Assembly (NCBI GenBank): GCA_039621445.1
Contig: CP154954.1
Coordinates: forward strand, 37,123,703 to 37,187,702
Length of the DNA stretch: 64,000 bases
Direction of reading: 5' to 3'
DNA from: Euglena gracilis
Lineage: Eukaryota
Of this stretch, positions 12,443-25,980 are shown one piece after another. Position numbers and translations under genes: made by a program. Each line of letters opens with the position of its first letter. Position 1 is the first letter of the stretch. A model generated the notes under the pieces. The model saw nothing but the letters and a program-made list of their open reading frames with translations, was not told the DNA's origin and did no database searches.

Positions 12443-14280
12443 GGCGAGGCGAAGGGGGAGGGCGGCGGGGCCGGCGATCACCAGGTGATGCGGCGGCAGG
12501 GCCGCATGGGAATCTCGGAGGAGGGAGTGGGGGGGAGCACCCTTCCAAAGCTGGGGGGGGGGGGGTGGGAGGACCTCGCCTCCGACCCCCAGTTTTCGGT
12601 TGCCGAAATTTTTGGCCATTTTCCGGGTTAAAAAAAATCAGCTTTTTGGGCATTTCTCAGAAATGGCCCCCCGCCACCTTGCCCCCCCAGGGGGGGGGGT
12701 GCTGCCACCAACCTCTGCCTGCGGAACTTCCCATGCAACCCTGTGTGCCGGCGTGGGGAGGGCGAGGCGAAGGGGGAGGGCGACGAGGCGAAGGGGGAGG
12801 GCGGCGTCACCAGGTGATACGGCGGCAGGGTCGCATGGGAATCTCAGAGGAGGGAGTGGGGGGAGCACCCTTCCAAAGCTTGGGGGGGGGGGTGGGAGGA
12901 CCTCGCCTCCGACCCCCAGTTTTCGGTTGCCGAAATTTTTGGCCATTTTCCGGGTTAAAAAAATCAGCTTTTTGGGCATTTCTCAGAAATGGCCCCCCGC
13001 CACCTTGCCCCCCCCGGGGGGGGTTGCTACCACCAACCTCTGTCTGCGGAACTTCCCATGCAACCCTGTGTGCCGGCGTGGGGAGGGCGAGGCGAAGGGG
13101 GAGGGCGGCGGGGCCGGCGATCACCAGGTGATACGGCGGCAGGGTCGCATGGGAATCTCAGAGGAGGGAGTGGGGGGGAGCAAGCTTCAAAAGCTGGGGG
13201 GGGTAGGACCTCGCCTCCGACCCCCAGTTTTCGGTTGCCGAAATTTTTGGCCATTTTCCGGGTTAAAAAAATCAGCTTTTTGGGCATTTCTCAGAAATGG
13301 CCCCCCGCCAGCTTGCCCCCCCCGGGGGGGGTTGCTACCACCAACCTCTGTCTGCGGAACTTCCCATGCAACCCTGTGTGCCGGCGTGGGGAGGGCGAGG
13401 CGAAGGGGGAGGGCGGCGGGGCCGGCGATCACCAGGTGATACGGCGGCAGGGTCGCATGGGAATCTCAGAGGAGGGAGTGGGGGGAGCACCCTTCCAAAG
13501 GTGGGGGGGGGGGGTAGGACCTCGCCTCCGACCCCCAGTTTTCGGTTGCCGAAATTTTTGGCCATTTTCCGGGTTAAAAAAATCAGCTTTTTGGGCATTT
13601 CTCAGAAATGGCCCCCCGCCACCTTGCCCCCCCCCCTCGCCGGGGGGTTGCTACCACCAACCTCTGCCTGCGGAACTTCCCATGCAACCCTGTGTGCCGG
13701 CGTGGGGAGGGCGAGGCGAAGGGGGAGGGCGACGAGGCGAAGGGGGAGGGCGGCGGGGCCGGCGATCACCAGGTGATGCGGCGGCAGGGCCGCATGGGAA
13801 TCTCGGAGGAGGGAGTGGGGAGGAGCACCCTTCAAAAGCTGGGGGGGGGGTGCGGGACACCGACCCCCAGTTTTCGGTTGCCGAAATTTTTGGCCATTTT
13901 CCGGGTTAAAAAAATCAGCTTTTTGGGCATTTCTCAGAAATGGCCCCCCGCCAGCTTGCCCCCCCCCCGGGGGGGGTTGCTACCACCAACCTCTGTCTGC
14001 GGACTTCCTTCCGAAACTTCCCATGCAATCCTGTGTGCCGGCGTGGGGAGGGCGAGGCGAAGGGGGAGGGCGGCGGGGCCGGCGATCACCAGGTGATGCG
14101 GCGGCAGGGCCGCATGGGAATCTCGGAGGAGGGAGTGGGGGGAGCATCCTTCCAAAATGGGGGGGGGGGGTGGGAGGACCCCGCCTCCAACCCCCAGTTT
14201 TCGGTTGTCGAAAATTTTGGCCGTTTTTTGGGGAGGTCAAAAAATCAATTTCTGGTATTTCTCAAAATGGCAGGGAATTA
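12443..14280 (+). repeat. Satellite 2: ~310-340-bp tandem unit, ~6 copies, with a diverged trailing copy to ~14960
   Basis: gcgaggcgaagggggagggc...caccaggtgat...cgacccccagttttcggttgccgaaatttttggcc recurs near 12443, 12762, 13087, 13395, 13711 and 14052. Confidence 0.93.
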
Positions 14281-15066
14281 GAGGAAATGTCCAGAGAACA
14301 AAATTGCAGCCCTTAAAATGGCCCATCTAACAGTATTTTGATTTCCCCACAACTCCCCGCCTGTCCCGAGTGACGTCGTTTTTGGCCATTTTGCCGAAAT
14401 TTCATGCTGAGCCTCAAGAGGGTCCCAAAATGCACACTTAGTGCGAAGCGTCGGAAGATTTTTTTTGGAGGGGGAGGAGGGGGAGGGGGGTGGGGGGACC
14501 CTCCTTTTGACACTGGGGGGGGGGGGGGGATCCCCCTCGCCACCGTACCCCCCTGGCGGGGGGGGTGACCCTCCCCTGCCAACTACCTCATGTCTGCGGA
14601 GCTTCCCATGCAACCCTGTGCGCCGGCATGGGGAGGGCGAGGGGAAGGGGAAGGGGGGCGAGAAGAGGAGGGAGAGGGGCGGGGAGGAATTGTCAGCATG
14701 CAATTGCTCCAAATAGGGGAAATACTCCAGGTTTGCCCAAATTGCCCCGGGTGGTTGCGTCATGGGGTGCTCATCATGGATATTTTCCCTGGTGGAGGTC
14801 TTTGCAGTTGGCATTTTCCTTCACAATTTGTGAGATTCCCCCACATTTTAATGAGATTCTGTCCGACTTTTCTCACCAAAGATGTGGTTTTTGGTCCGGA
14901 GCAATTGTGTGGCTGAGGAAGGGGAGAGGCGCCGGCGGTCACCAAGTGATCGGCGGCGGGAGGGAGGTGGTGCTGGAGCTGTGACAGAGGAGGAAAGTGT
15001 GAAAATGGATTCAAAACGGATCAAAATGGCTAAAAATGGCTGACTTTTTTTGTGTTGAAAATGTAT

Positions 15067-15304
15067 TACCACCTCCCCCCCCTAATTGACCCCCCCCTAA
15101 TTGACCAAACGCCCCGGGGAAAATTTTTTCAACCCCCCCCCCCTAATTGACTGCCCAGGGGGATTCCGTGCCGAAGCACCCCCAAAAAGACGGTACCCCT
15201 TCCCTAATTGACCAACCCCCCCTAATTGAACCCCCCCCTAATTGACCAAAAGGGGGGTGACCGTGGAGAGGTCCCACGGTCAATTAGGGGGGGGGGAGGT
15301 GGTA
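15067..15304. mobile_element. TACCA...TGGTA MITE with repeated ccccctaattga motif
   Basis: TIR taccacctccccccc / ggggggaggtggta. An inverted partial copy lies at ~21700-21910. Confidence 0.8.
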
Positions 15305-15930
15305 CCGAAGGATTGCCCAAAATGCCCTCAACTCAGCCCAATTTAACTAATGGCTTCAGACCCCCATTTGGCCAATTAAGGGGGTGGCTGGAGGACCCCC
15401 ACCCCCTCATTTTTTGACCTATGCAAAATTGGTCAAATCTTGTGCATACCCTCCCCCCCCCCCGGATTGGATCTCTTCTGCCGGACCCCGAAAGGCCAAT
15501 CAGGGGGGCAATCTGGGGGAGAGGGGGGGTGAGGGTAATTGGACTGGTCATGACTTTTTCTTATTCAGCGGATTGGAGAGGGTGGTCCCAACACAAAATT
15601 TGAAAGAAATCAAAAAACCAGTGAATTTTTTGCAGACTGACATTTGCAGAAGGGACATTTGGGGGGGTCATGGTATGCCGAAAAGCCAAGATTTTGCGAT
15701 TTGGGATATGGCCACCCAAGAATGCCATTTTGGCCATTTGTGAGCCACTGGGAAAATTTTTCTCCAGTTAGCCAAATGTCAGTGCCATTTGGCAGTCCAG
15801 CGGCCGACTCCAGCCTCCCTCCCCCAGACCATTCATGCGGGATCAACCATCATTGTGGTACTTTGTTGCCAAGGGACCGCCACCCAAAATTTTGTCGGTT
15901 GCCCTGGGGCCTTTACAAAGCAGAAACCCT

Positions 15931-16257
15931 GGTACTTGTCTGTTGGTCAATCCACGGCAGTGCATCAAGTCTGTTAGTTGGTCGATCCACACCAATAACG
16001 GTTAGGGATGGGGTTTAGGGTTTAGGGTCAGGGTTTGGGTTAGGGTTAACCCTAACCCTAACCCGTCGGGCGTTCCCCTGCTGCCTGTGTGTATCTATGT
16101 GCGCAGCTCCACAAGCTCTCTGAGCTCTCTGGACCCTGTGCCGACACCAGCCATGTCTTCTAACCCTGTTTTGGGCTTTCCCTGTCCATCATTGACCCAA
16201 AGTAGGCCAAAAGTGTGGATCGACCTGTTTTGCCATGGATCGACGAACAGACAAGTA
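15931..16257. mobile_element. Second, shorter copy of the telomere-repeat-bearing TIR element
   Basis: Starts ggtacttgtctgttggtcaatccacggcagtgcatcaag and ends ggatcgacgaacagacaagta. Contains head-to-head gggttagggttaaccctaaccctaaccc. Confidence 0.85.
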
Positions 16258-16277
16258 AAAAAAAAATCCCCTCCTCA

Positions 16278-16740
16278 GGCAGGGGGGGGGAGAAGTGCGC
16301 TCGGCCGGCCTCGGAAAAAATGCGCAAAAATGCGCAAAAATGCGCAAAAAAATGCGCAAAAAATGCGCATTTTTGGAAAAAAAAAAAAAAAAAAAATGCG
16401 CAAAATTCACGAAAATGCAAAAATTACCCAAAAACATGCAAAAATGGCACCAAATTTGAAGAAATTATGGAGAATAATGAGGAAAATGTATGTTTCAAAA
16501 AAAGTCAAAAATTTCAAATTTTTGCAAAAAATTGCAAAAATGGTCAAAAATGCGAAAATTTTGGAAAATCACGAAAAAATGTGCCAAAAAGCAAAAAAAT
16601 TTGCTTAAACACTCAAAAAAACTCGCAAAAAATGCGAAAAAATGCGCAAAAATGCGCATTTTCGGAAAATTTGAAAAAATGCGCAAAAAATGCGCAAAAA
16701 TGCGAAAAAATGCGAAACGCATTTTTCCCCCCCCCCTGCC
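16278..16740. mobile_element. PIF/Harbinger-like MITE with aaaaatgcgc subterminal repeats
   Basis: TIR ggcagggggggg / cccccccctgcc. 3-bp TSD tca on both sides; reconstructed empty site CCTCAGG. Confidence 0.75.
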
Positions 16741-16835
16741 TCAGGGCAATTTGAAGGTGCAGGGGTTGGGGCTGAGGGTGTAGGGTTGTAGGTGTAGGGT
16801 AGGGCTGAGGGTGTTAGTCAGATCACCAGCAGGAT

Positions 16836-17127
16836 CACCATTACCCCCCTAAACGACCCCCCCCCCTAAATGACCCTCCGGGGTCCGGGCCCAGACAATG
16901 GAAAGCTCTTTCAAGGAAAAAAGTCTTCAAAACTGACCGATTTTTTGAGATTTTCAGAAAAGTGAGTTTTCCTTCTTGTAGAATTGATGCCAAAAAATTA
17001 CAAAAAAAAGGGGTAGGGGGTGTCCAAGACCCTTTTTTTTTCGATCCCCCTCAGTGACCCCCCTAAGTGACCCTCCGGGGTTCTGGCCGGGATAAGAGGG
17101 GGGTCATTCAGGGGGGGGTTGATGGTA
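16836..17127. mobile_element. TACCA-type MITE, inverted copy of 26201-26510
   Basis: Begins caccattaccccctaaacgacccc and ends ggttgatggta. The interior is the reverse complement of the 26.2-kb element. Confidence 0.8.
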
Positions 17128-19514
17128 TTCTCAGCGAATTCCCGTTAGCTTGGGGGCAAGGTTTAGGATTATTCTGCCATCCCAAGGCGGACAACTGGCA
17201 GGGATGAAGAAAGACAAAGCCCTCCGACATTTTGCCTCACCTGCCGTTGCTGGAGGCAAAGATGCTAGCAGCAAACACTCTTGTCTCCCCCCCTTTCTTC
17301 CCCACCTTAGCCTCACAACTGGGATCAAAGTCAGGTCATATGGCTCACAACACCAACCCAAAAGCAAAAATTCACCCCAAAACCATCAGATGTATCACAC
17401 AACCACAATTCAGGCCTCAGGGCAACCGACTTGTAAAATTTTGGGTGAAGGTCCCTTGGCGAGCAAGTACCGCCATTTGAAAAACTCAAACATGACTGCA
17501 TAGGGTCCAGATGGTGGAACGCTTGGTCACTGGTCATGAAGTGCAGGTTTTTGGAAAAAAGACTTGGTGGTGCTGTTCGCCACTCGACCGCCAGCTGCCC
17601 TAAACCTGACCCTCACCTAACCCCAACCCTGACTCTGACCCTAACCCTTGATTCCTTCAAGAACCAGTGAACAAGAACCGTCTTGGTTTAACTGACAGCT
17701 GACAGTTGCAACATTTGGCACTTGCATCTTTTGGCACTCAAGCATTTCACCTGCTTGATTGATGAGGTGCACATGGGACTTGCGACAAGCCACAACAAAA
17801 TGCAACAGCATGGAGGAGCCAGTGGTCGGCACTGACGCAGTTCTGGGTTGGAGTGCTGATGAATCACAACACAGCCAACGCCACTGCACTGCACTCCACT
17901 GCAGTGCATTGCCATTGCACTCTGTTTTGAAACCCAAACCACTGCACTGTCACTGCCATTGCGTTGCCAGGCACTGCCACTTCGCTGCATGGCATTGCAC
18001 TGCCCTGCAGTGCGTCAAATTTTGCCTCAACTCCACAAGTTTTTTGATGACAATGCCGGTGGTGTTAACGACGCTGAAGGTGGACATCCGCGCAACTGCT
18101 CGAAGCGCATGTGTCCACAAAGCGCGTGTTTATTGTTTCTTTTTGCACAGAGAGATTTTCTACAATGCACTGCAGTTGACAGTCTCTGAAGTGAGTTCAG
18201 CACTCAGAAGCTTCTGCCACTTCTGCAAAAGGCCCATCTCAGCCATGTGGTGCTCTTTGTGAGTTTTGAAGGCAAAATCACGTCCAGCACTCCATTCCAG
18301 CACCGCTCCAGTGCCGAAATCCGCGCCACCGTTCACTTGCATTTTGTAGTGACTTGTCCCAACCCGAACTGAATTAGAGACACATATTTTATTGATACTG
18401 TTTCATTTCTTTTTGAATTTTTTTCCCTGACAACTTTTTGTCACTTTGCCAAAAAAAATTGGCATTGGTTGCAGCTGATCCCCAACCAATCACAAAACAA
18501 AACACACCAGCAGTGTGCAGAACAAATGCACAATCGTTGCGTTGAACTTCATCTCGTCGTTGATGACGATTTCGGAATTGCGAAGTTCGCCGAACGATGA
18601 AAACGGAGCGAGGGCAAAAAAGAGCAATTCCCCTGGGCCCGGGGCACGGTCTGGGCGAACCAGTGCTACCCGCCGTGAATTCAATTCCCGTTTGGAGCTG
18701 AAACGGAACACGGCACGTGCCCGGGGCACGGTTTGGGTGAAGCTGTTTTCCCAAAGGAAAATTCATTGGTGTGGTTCGGCACGCCGTGCCGAGGGGGTCG
18801 GGTGACCAGGGGGGGGGGGCTGCCGAACCTCCAGCGGTGAACGTTCACCACGAGGACTTTTTTGGCCGGTGGACTTCACCGGTGAAGTTCACCGGGGGGT
18901 CCGCAGCACCCCCCCCCAACCTCCATGGCGGTGGACTGGGGGATGGTAGTGGGTGGTCGGCCGCGGTAGGTGGTCGGCGAGACGGGATGGGGGGTATTGT
19001 GTAGTGGGCCGGCTACCCACTCTTTTGTACTAACAGGCCCCATGAAGAAAACCCTATGCAAACCAGTTGGTGCCCCGGTAGTCGATGGTCATAAAAATGG
19101 TCTGTGGCGGACCCAAATCACATGGAAATGGTCCAGATGGGTCCAAATAAGTGCCTAACACCAACATAAACACCCTCAGATGAAAATCTTTGGTCGGTGG
19201 GGGTGGGTGGGCCTGTGATGGGGGTCCAGAGGTTACAAAATTAACAATGAAAAAGGGATTACATGAAAATCCTTTAGAAATGCAAGCTTTCTGCGTTACG
19301 AAGGGCAGAAAACATCCCCTCCGCCTCCCATCCGAGTTTCAAATAGCAAAATCCCTTCTGTGTTGGCAACACACTTGGGGGCTAAGTCGTTTTTTGTGGC
19401 TCACTTTGGCACAGGCGGGGGGGGCTCCGCCCCCCCCCCCTCAAATAACAAAATCCCTTCTATGTTGGCAACATACTTGGAAGGCTAAGTCCTTTTTGTG
19501 CGAAATCTTGACAT

Positions 19515-19674
19515 TACCATGCCCCCCCCCATATAAGACCCCCCCTCGGGAGCCAAAATCCCGGGGGGGGGGGGTCTTATATGGGGGGCTTATATGGGGG
19601 GGTCGGTCCCGGCCAAAGGGCCGGCCTTCGGCCGGCCAGGGGGGGGGTCTTATGTGGGGGGGGGGGGCATGGTA
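19515..19674. mobile_element. TACCA...TGGTA MITE with atataagacc motif
   Basis: TIR taccatgccccccccc-atataagaccccc / gggggtcttatgt-gggggggcatggta. Internal ggccggccttcggccggcc hairpin. Confidence 0.85.
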
Positions 19675-22600
19675 TATTGAAAATCCAATGGGGAGAGGTG
19701 TTCTTTTGTCAAAAAGGGGCCCAATATGGACATCCCCCCCCCCCAGTTTTTGCATATTCACCCCCAATTGGGGGCTCTGGAGCCATTTGGGTGGGTTTTG
19801 AGTGGCGTTGAGGTGATTTCTACGTACGTTTTTTTCAGGGGGGTGCTTAAAAGTCGGCGCTTTGACCCGTTAGCACATTGGAGGGGGTATTTCGCCGACT
19901 AGTCGGCCGACTACCCACCACTCCCCCCCCACCCCACCCCGTCTCGCCGACCAGCTACCAACTAGGCCTAGTCGGCCATCCAACTGGGTGGTCAGCCGAC
20001 TAGTCAGCCGGCCACCCATTGCCCCCCGCCCACATCCACTGTTTTGCACTGGGGGGGGGGCAAATGGGGCTAGGCTGTCGAGTTCGGGTCCCCAAAACCG
20101 TCCCCCCTCCCCCTTTTCTGGTTAAACCGGCGTTTGGGACGCCGGGTTCAGGGCAGAACCGCCGTCCCCCTCCACGGGTTTTCTGGACGACGATTCTGTC
20201 CTGAAAACTTTTGGGTCCAAAAATAGATCCAGTCAAGAATTTATCACACGTTTTTTTTTGGTAGTTTTGATTCCTTTGGGTGCCAATTCCTACCATGCCA
20301 AATAACACCCCCCTGGGATTTTGGCAGGGGGTCTTATTCCACCTCCCCCCCCCCTTGATTGAACGGAGGTTAGGCAGGGGTGGGGGGCTGTGGGGGTGGT
20401 GCGGGTCACGGGGGGGTCACGGGGGGGGTCACGGGGGGGGTCACGGGGGAAGTATGCCACTTTGACATAGCTGGCTTTTTTTGTTTTTTTTAAAAAAAAC
20501 GTTTTTTTTTTATTAAAAAAAGCAGGCAAAAAAAACGGGAAAAAAACAAAGGGGAAAATGATGGTCCAAATTTTGCCTTTGATCGCAAGGGTGAACCAAT
20601 CTTAGCTCAAATGACTTGAAAACCAATACTTTTGGAGGTCTTCAACAAGAATGGTTAAAATAGGGCATTTTTCTGCCATTTTGGGATGTTTCAACTTGAA
20701 ACATCCCAAATTTGGTGTCTTTCTCTGCCTGAGGATGGGCAAAAAAAAGCTAAAGTTAAAGGCAAAAAAATTTTTCGCCCTGGACCCTCAATGGCGTTTT
20801 TTTTGTTTTTGTTTAAAAAAAACATGTTTTTTTTTTAAAAAAACGTGTTTTTTTTGACTTCGTTTTTAAACAAACAATGATGTTGCATCACATCACGAGA
20901 AGGGCAGAACGCATCCTGAAATCGGTGAAAAGAACAGAAAACCGTCAGCTTCGATCATGGTCCCTAGAATGGTGGTGCCTCCCGCGTCCCCCCCCCCCCG
21001 CGTCCCCCCGCGTCCCCCCGCGTCCCCAACACCCCCATGGGTCAAATTCACGCTGCTTTTTTTATGGACCATGCCAAGGCAAATTTTCAATGCTTTCAAC
21101 CAGAAAATTGATGAAAAGCGACCAAAATTGCCACCTACATCAAAAAGCAGGTTGAAATGATGAATGAAAAGAAAGGCTGAAATGATGAAGGTTGATGCAT
21201 TGTATGAAAATTGAAGGCTCGATTCTCGGGTCACGGGCGGGTCACAGGGGGGGGGTCACGGGGGGGTCACGGGGGTAGCACCCCCTGTGGACCCCCCGGT
21301 GAAGTTCACCGGTGAACATTCACGGGGGGGGGGGGGGGGTGCTTTCGGCGGTGAAGTTCACTGGTGAAGTTCACCGGTGAACTTCACCGTTTTGATGGTT
21401 GGGAGTGAAATTTTCATGGGTAAAAATTTGCCCCTTTCCTCTCAAAATGGTCATTTTGAGGTTGATGCTTCATGGAATTTTATCGAAATTTCCGAAAACT
21501 TACCCAAAATGCCATTTTTGGTCATTTTTGGCCAAAAAAAGTACTCTCTTGGTGAACTTCACCGGTGAAGTTCACCGATGGGTTAGGCAGAGGGGGGGGA
21601 GGGGGTCCGGGACCCCCCGGTGAACTTTCAAACGGTGAACTTCGCCATAGGGGGGGGGGAGGGGGTCAAAATGACCAAAGTCTACTGCCTGATCTCCAAC
21701 GTGGGACCTCTCCACGGTCACCCCCCTTTTGGTCAATTAGGGGGGGTTCAATTAGGGGGGGAGGGGGGCGTCAATTAGGGGGGGGGGGGGCCGTCAAATA
21801 AGGGGTGCTACAGAATCCCCCTGGGCAGTCAATTAGGGGGGGGGTTCAAAAAATTTTCTCCGGGGCGTTTGGTCAATTGGGGGGGGGTCAATTAGGGGGA
21901 AGAGGTGGTATAAGGGGGGGGGGGCATGATAATCAGGTCATTTTTTGGCCCCTATTGGGTTGCGGAAACCCTCCATCTGCGGTGGTGGGGGGTCGCAGGG
22001 GCATTTGGGGACCACTGGAGTGGATATACAATTTTGGTACAAAAAAATGGCCCTGTTTTGGAAATAGAAGGCACCCCCAGGGGAGGTGGGGTCCGGGGGG
22101 GGACGCAGAAAAATTTTGTTCGATGCACAGCCCAATAGTGCGGCACACCCAGTCCAACGACAGGGTGGGCATGGGAGGCTAGGCACAGCGGGGGGGGGGG
22201 GGGCTGGGGGGGGCGAGCGGCGGGGGGGGGGGTCTTGCAGGGGAGGGGGGGGGAGGGGGGTCCGAGGGTAGCCGCGCGGGCGGAACGCATCCTAAAATCG
22301 GTGATTTTCGGGTCCAGAAAGTGGTCATTTTTTGCCATTTTGGGGCCATTTTTGACTCAAAAAGTGCTTTTTTGGCCGCGCACAGAGCGCGCGGCCCCCA
22401 AATTTGCCATTTTATGTCCGAAAATGGTCATTTTTGGTCATTTTTGGGCCTCAAAAAAATCGTGATTTTTTCACAAAAATTTTTTTCTTGGCTATGCTAG
22501 GCACAGTGGGGGGAGGGGGGTCCAGGGGGGGGGCGAGCGGCCGCGCAGGGGCCGCGCAGGGGGGGAGGGGGGGTCCCGGACCCCCCCGAGCGGCACGCCT

Positions 22601-22699
22601 AGCCTCCATGGGACACCATCTGGGGGGTGGGACACCAGTCAACAAAAAGGTCTTTGAGACTCCATTGAAGGCAGCCGGGCAAAGGGATGTGGGACCATC

Positions 22700-22944
22700 G
22701 GGGGGTTGGTACACCCCTCCCCCCCCTCTCCGAGGGCCTCGCCACGCCATTTACTCCCCTCCCCCCTGGCCGGACCCCCTCGCCACGCCACCGGCGATCT
22801 TCGCGATTTTTTGAACGAAAATTTTGTTGGAAAACCATGGTACACCCCTCCCCCCCCCCTGGTCGCCGACCCCCTCGCCACGCCATTTACCCCCCCCCCC
22901 CCCCCCCCTATTCGGACCCCCTCGCCACGGCGTACCAACCCCCC
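22700..22944. mobile_element. GGGGGGTTGGTAC-terminal MITE with 3-bp TSD (ATC)
   Basis: TIR ggggggttggtac / gtaccaacccccc, flanked by atc...atc. Repeated ccctcgccacgcca motif. An inverted copy lies at 32155-32406. Confidence 0.85.
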
Positions 22945-23082
22945 ATCGTGGGGGCGGACATCGTTGTTTTTGCAACTTTTTTTGCGCTCGTCAGGAAAAA
23001 TTTACCATGCCCCCCATATACGACCCCCCCTCGGTTTTGGATATCGGGCGGTGAACTTTGGGTTTTTGGACCCCCGTCCTCC

Positions 23083-23257
23083 CAGGGCTGAGGCATTGTT
23101 TTAAAACAAGTGTTTTTAAACAAGTTTTTTTCCTATTTACAGTGTTTTATTTAAAAAAAAACACTCTTTTTTGAAACAAAAAAACGTTTTTAAACCGTTT
23201 TTTATTCATAAAAGTTTTTTTGCTTTGTTTTTAAAACAAAAAAAAACGTCAGCCTTG
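23083..23257. mobile_element. hAT-like MITE with 8-bp TSD
   Basis: TIR cagggctga / tcagccttg. Exact TSD cgtcctcc at 23075-23082 and 23258-23265. Confidence 0.88.
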
Positions 23258-23994
23258 CGTCCTCCTCCCCAAAGTGAAGTTCACCGTTTGAAAGTTCGCC
23301 AGGGGTCCAAACCACCCCCTGCCAAACCCAATTGTGAACTTCACAGGGGTGTTCCCCCCGCGTCCCCCCCCCCGCGTCCCCCCCGCGTCCAGGATTTTGA
23401 CCAAATTTTGCGGGGATATTTTTTGGCCAGTTGGCTTTTGGCCTAATTTTATAAAATTCTCCAGTAGATTCCAATTTTTAGGCACAGGGGGTGTATCCCC
23501 TGCGACCCCCCCCGCGACCCCCCCGTGACCCCCCCGCGACCCACACATGGAGGGTTTCCACATCCCAGTAGGAGCCAAAAAGTGGCACCTAATTCCTAAT
23601 TTGCACTCAAATTAGGAATCAAAATTGCCAAAAATGTGTGACAAATTCCTAATTGGAGCTATTTTTGGACCCAAAAGTTCTAAAAATAGGTTCCATGTGA
23701 CGTTGTATGAAAGGTCACACTTGTCACGCGTGACCCGTCAAAACTTCCACGTTCCCCCCGCGCCCCCCCCCCCGCGACCCCCCCCGCGACTCATACACCC
23801 CCATAAATTTCTCAATTTCGGGGTTGGTGATTCCTAATTTGGTGTCAAAGTCCTAATTTTTAGGTGTGGGTATTCCTAATTCATGGAATTTCCCCCCCAA
23901 AAAATCGGTTTGGTGATTCCTAATTTTGCCACCGAAAATGAGGTGTTCCCCCCGTGACCCCGTGACCCTCCTGTGACCCCCCCCCTGTGAGGCT

Positions 23995-24432
23995 AGGCAC
24001 ATTTTTTGGTTGACCAAAGGAAAATTACATACAAATTTGGGTAACACCAAAGAAAACGTGGGGGGTTGTCGGGCCACAGTTCCCCCCCGCGTCCCTCCCC
24101 CCGCGTCCCCCCCCCCCGCGTCCCGAACCGCCCCCCACCGGTAAAGTTCACCGCAAGAGCACTTTTTTTTTGGCCAATAAAGGGGGGGGGGTAAAGTGAC
24201 TGAGTGGCTTGGCCGAAAAAAGTAATTGCCTGTTTTTTCGGAGCGGAAAGTGACTCCGAAACTGTCGAATTTCAACAAAAAAAATGATTTTGCGCAAAGT
24301 GTAAAAAATGGGGGTGGTTCGGGACACGGGGGGGACGCGGGAGGAACTTTGGCCCAACAACCCCCACGTGTTTCCATTGGCGTCACCAAAAATTGTATGT
24401 AATTTTCCTTTGGTCGACCAAAAAATGTGCCC
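23995..24432. repeat. Foldback with ~105-bp diverged inverted arms
   Basis: ggcacattttttggttgaccaaaggaaaattacatacaa... mirrors ...ttgtatgtaattttcctttggtcgaccaaaaaatgtgcc. An outer inverted pair lies at ~23343-23405 / ~24433-24500. Confidence 0.8.
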
Positions 24433-24754
24433 GGCCAAAATCCGGGACGCGGGGGGACGCGGAGGGGGGATGCGGGGGGGACGCAGGGAGAACACCCCCA
24501 ATGGAGGTTAGGCAGGGGTGGGGGGGGGGTTGGGGGCTTCGCCCCTAAAGGAATTTCAATGGAGAAACTTCACCGGTGAAGTTCACCGGTGAAGTTCACC
24601 GCCATGTATTTCCAATGAAGAGGGGGGGTGGGGGGGTCCCGCCCGAAAAACCCAAAGTCACCGCCTGATCTCCAATGGCTTCTTCACCCCCCCCCCAGGT
24701 TGTGAAGTCGACAGTTGGGTTGAGTTGGGAGGTCTCCAAAGGGGTTCTACCACT

Positions 24755-24960
24755 GAAACCGTGTTTGGGCCGATTTCGAGACTTTAAAAGTCTTAAATCT
24801 TCGCCCAAAACACGGTTTCAAACAAGAACAGTGTTTTGGGCCAAGGTTTTAGGGGGCCCAGGGGCGACCACGGCGCCTTCGTGCCGTGGTCGCCCCTGCA
24901 CCACGACACGCAGGGGCGCCCCTGGGCACCCCCTAACTCTTGGCCCAAACACAGTTCTTG
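24755..24960. mobile_element. Small two-hairpin element; second copy at 26861-27050
   Basis: Near-identical gaaaccgtgttt...gatttcgagactttaaaagtcttaaatcttcgcccaaaacacggtttc...ccctaactcttggccc...cagtt(t)cttg in both places. Confidence 0.8.
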
Positions 24961-25144
24961 ACACAGATTTCGCTTTCTAGCTCAAGTTATTGGGCTTCAA
25001 AAAAGGTGTTAGCGTCTCGGCCCCTTCGGGGCCAAGGGGACAAAAATACATTTTGGTTGTGCAATAAAAAATTTTCCTCGGTGCGGCAAAAATGGCGTAT
25101 TTTTTGTTTTTTTTTGAAAAAACCATGTTTTTTTTAAAAAAAAG

Positions 25145-25845
25145 CATGGTTGGATGGTTAATCGAAAAACGGTTGATCGCTTGTGACCTCCCAGTTAATC
25201 GATCGTTTGTGGGGGGGACAATTAACCATGGTTAATCGAAAAACGGTTAATCGCTTGTGGCCCCCCCAGTTAATCGACCTTTTTTTTGGCAGAAATCAAA
25301 TGGGTTTGGGAACATTTTTCTGCCCTTTGGGGACTGGGTTGGGATGGACCCTGTTGTGTGGGCAATTAAAGTTCCCTTTTGGAAAAGAGGCACTTTTCAA
25401 CTGCAAAACCCAACATAACTCCTTCGGAGGAGGGGTGGTAATTGTCATCAGAGGTGCCTGAAATCATCGTCGCCAAACCAGAGCTCAGACTCTCATTCAT
25501 TGGATAGATCATGAGCCGAACAAACCAAAAAAATGAAAACCACGGATCTCCGTTGCCTGTCAAATGGGCCAGACAGCCAAGTTGGCGTAAATTCATTTGC
25601 ACAAACATGAGCGCATCAACGGAGAAATCACCAAGGCGATTGCGCAAATCACTGGAGTCACAATTTGGCAAGGTGTACAACACTACTCAAGGGTAGGGAC
25701 ACTTTGAATTTTTTTTGTGGTGGTTAATCGAAATTAATCGAGGGAAAAGCACAGTTAATCGAAAATTGGTTAATCGCTTGTTGACCCCCAGTTAACCATG
25801 GTTAATCGCTTGACCCCAATAATAACGGTTAATTGCCCAACCCTG
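25145..25845. mobile_element. Deleted hAT element retaining the transposase C-terminus
   Basis: Ends catggttgg / ccaaccctg with 8-bp TSD aaaaaaag. ttaatcg subterminal repeats at both ends. Internal minus-strand peptide DLRNRLGDFSVDALMFVQMN. Confidence 0.8.
25590..25690 (-). pseudogene. hAT transposase C-terminal dimerisation-domain fragment
   Basis: SDLRNRLGDFSVDALMFVQMN fits the hAT consensus RxRLxxxxvxaLmFxxxN. The upstream part is frameshifted (LAKL in another frame). Confidence 0.7.
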
Positions 25846-25980
25846 AAAAAAAGTGTTTTTTTTTACTTCGTTTTAGACGAAGTGCCAGCTATATTCCACG
25901 CTGCCAGGTGTGTGCTGCTACCTCAGCAGGAAGGGTTCCCCCCCTTATTCCCCCCTGGACCCCCTTATACCCATATGGGT

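Noticed and set aside
11469-13131. Long 339-aa and 326-aa ORFs with collagen- or extensin-like repeats
   Set aside because: They arise from the stop-free 21-bp minisatellite and satellite 2, and are open in several frames on both strands.
17130-18760. Unique-looking segment with cactgca repeats and short ORFs
   Set aside because: No termini, TSD or protein motif could be established.
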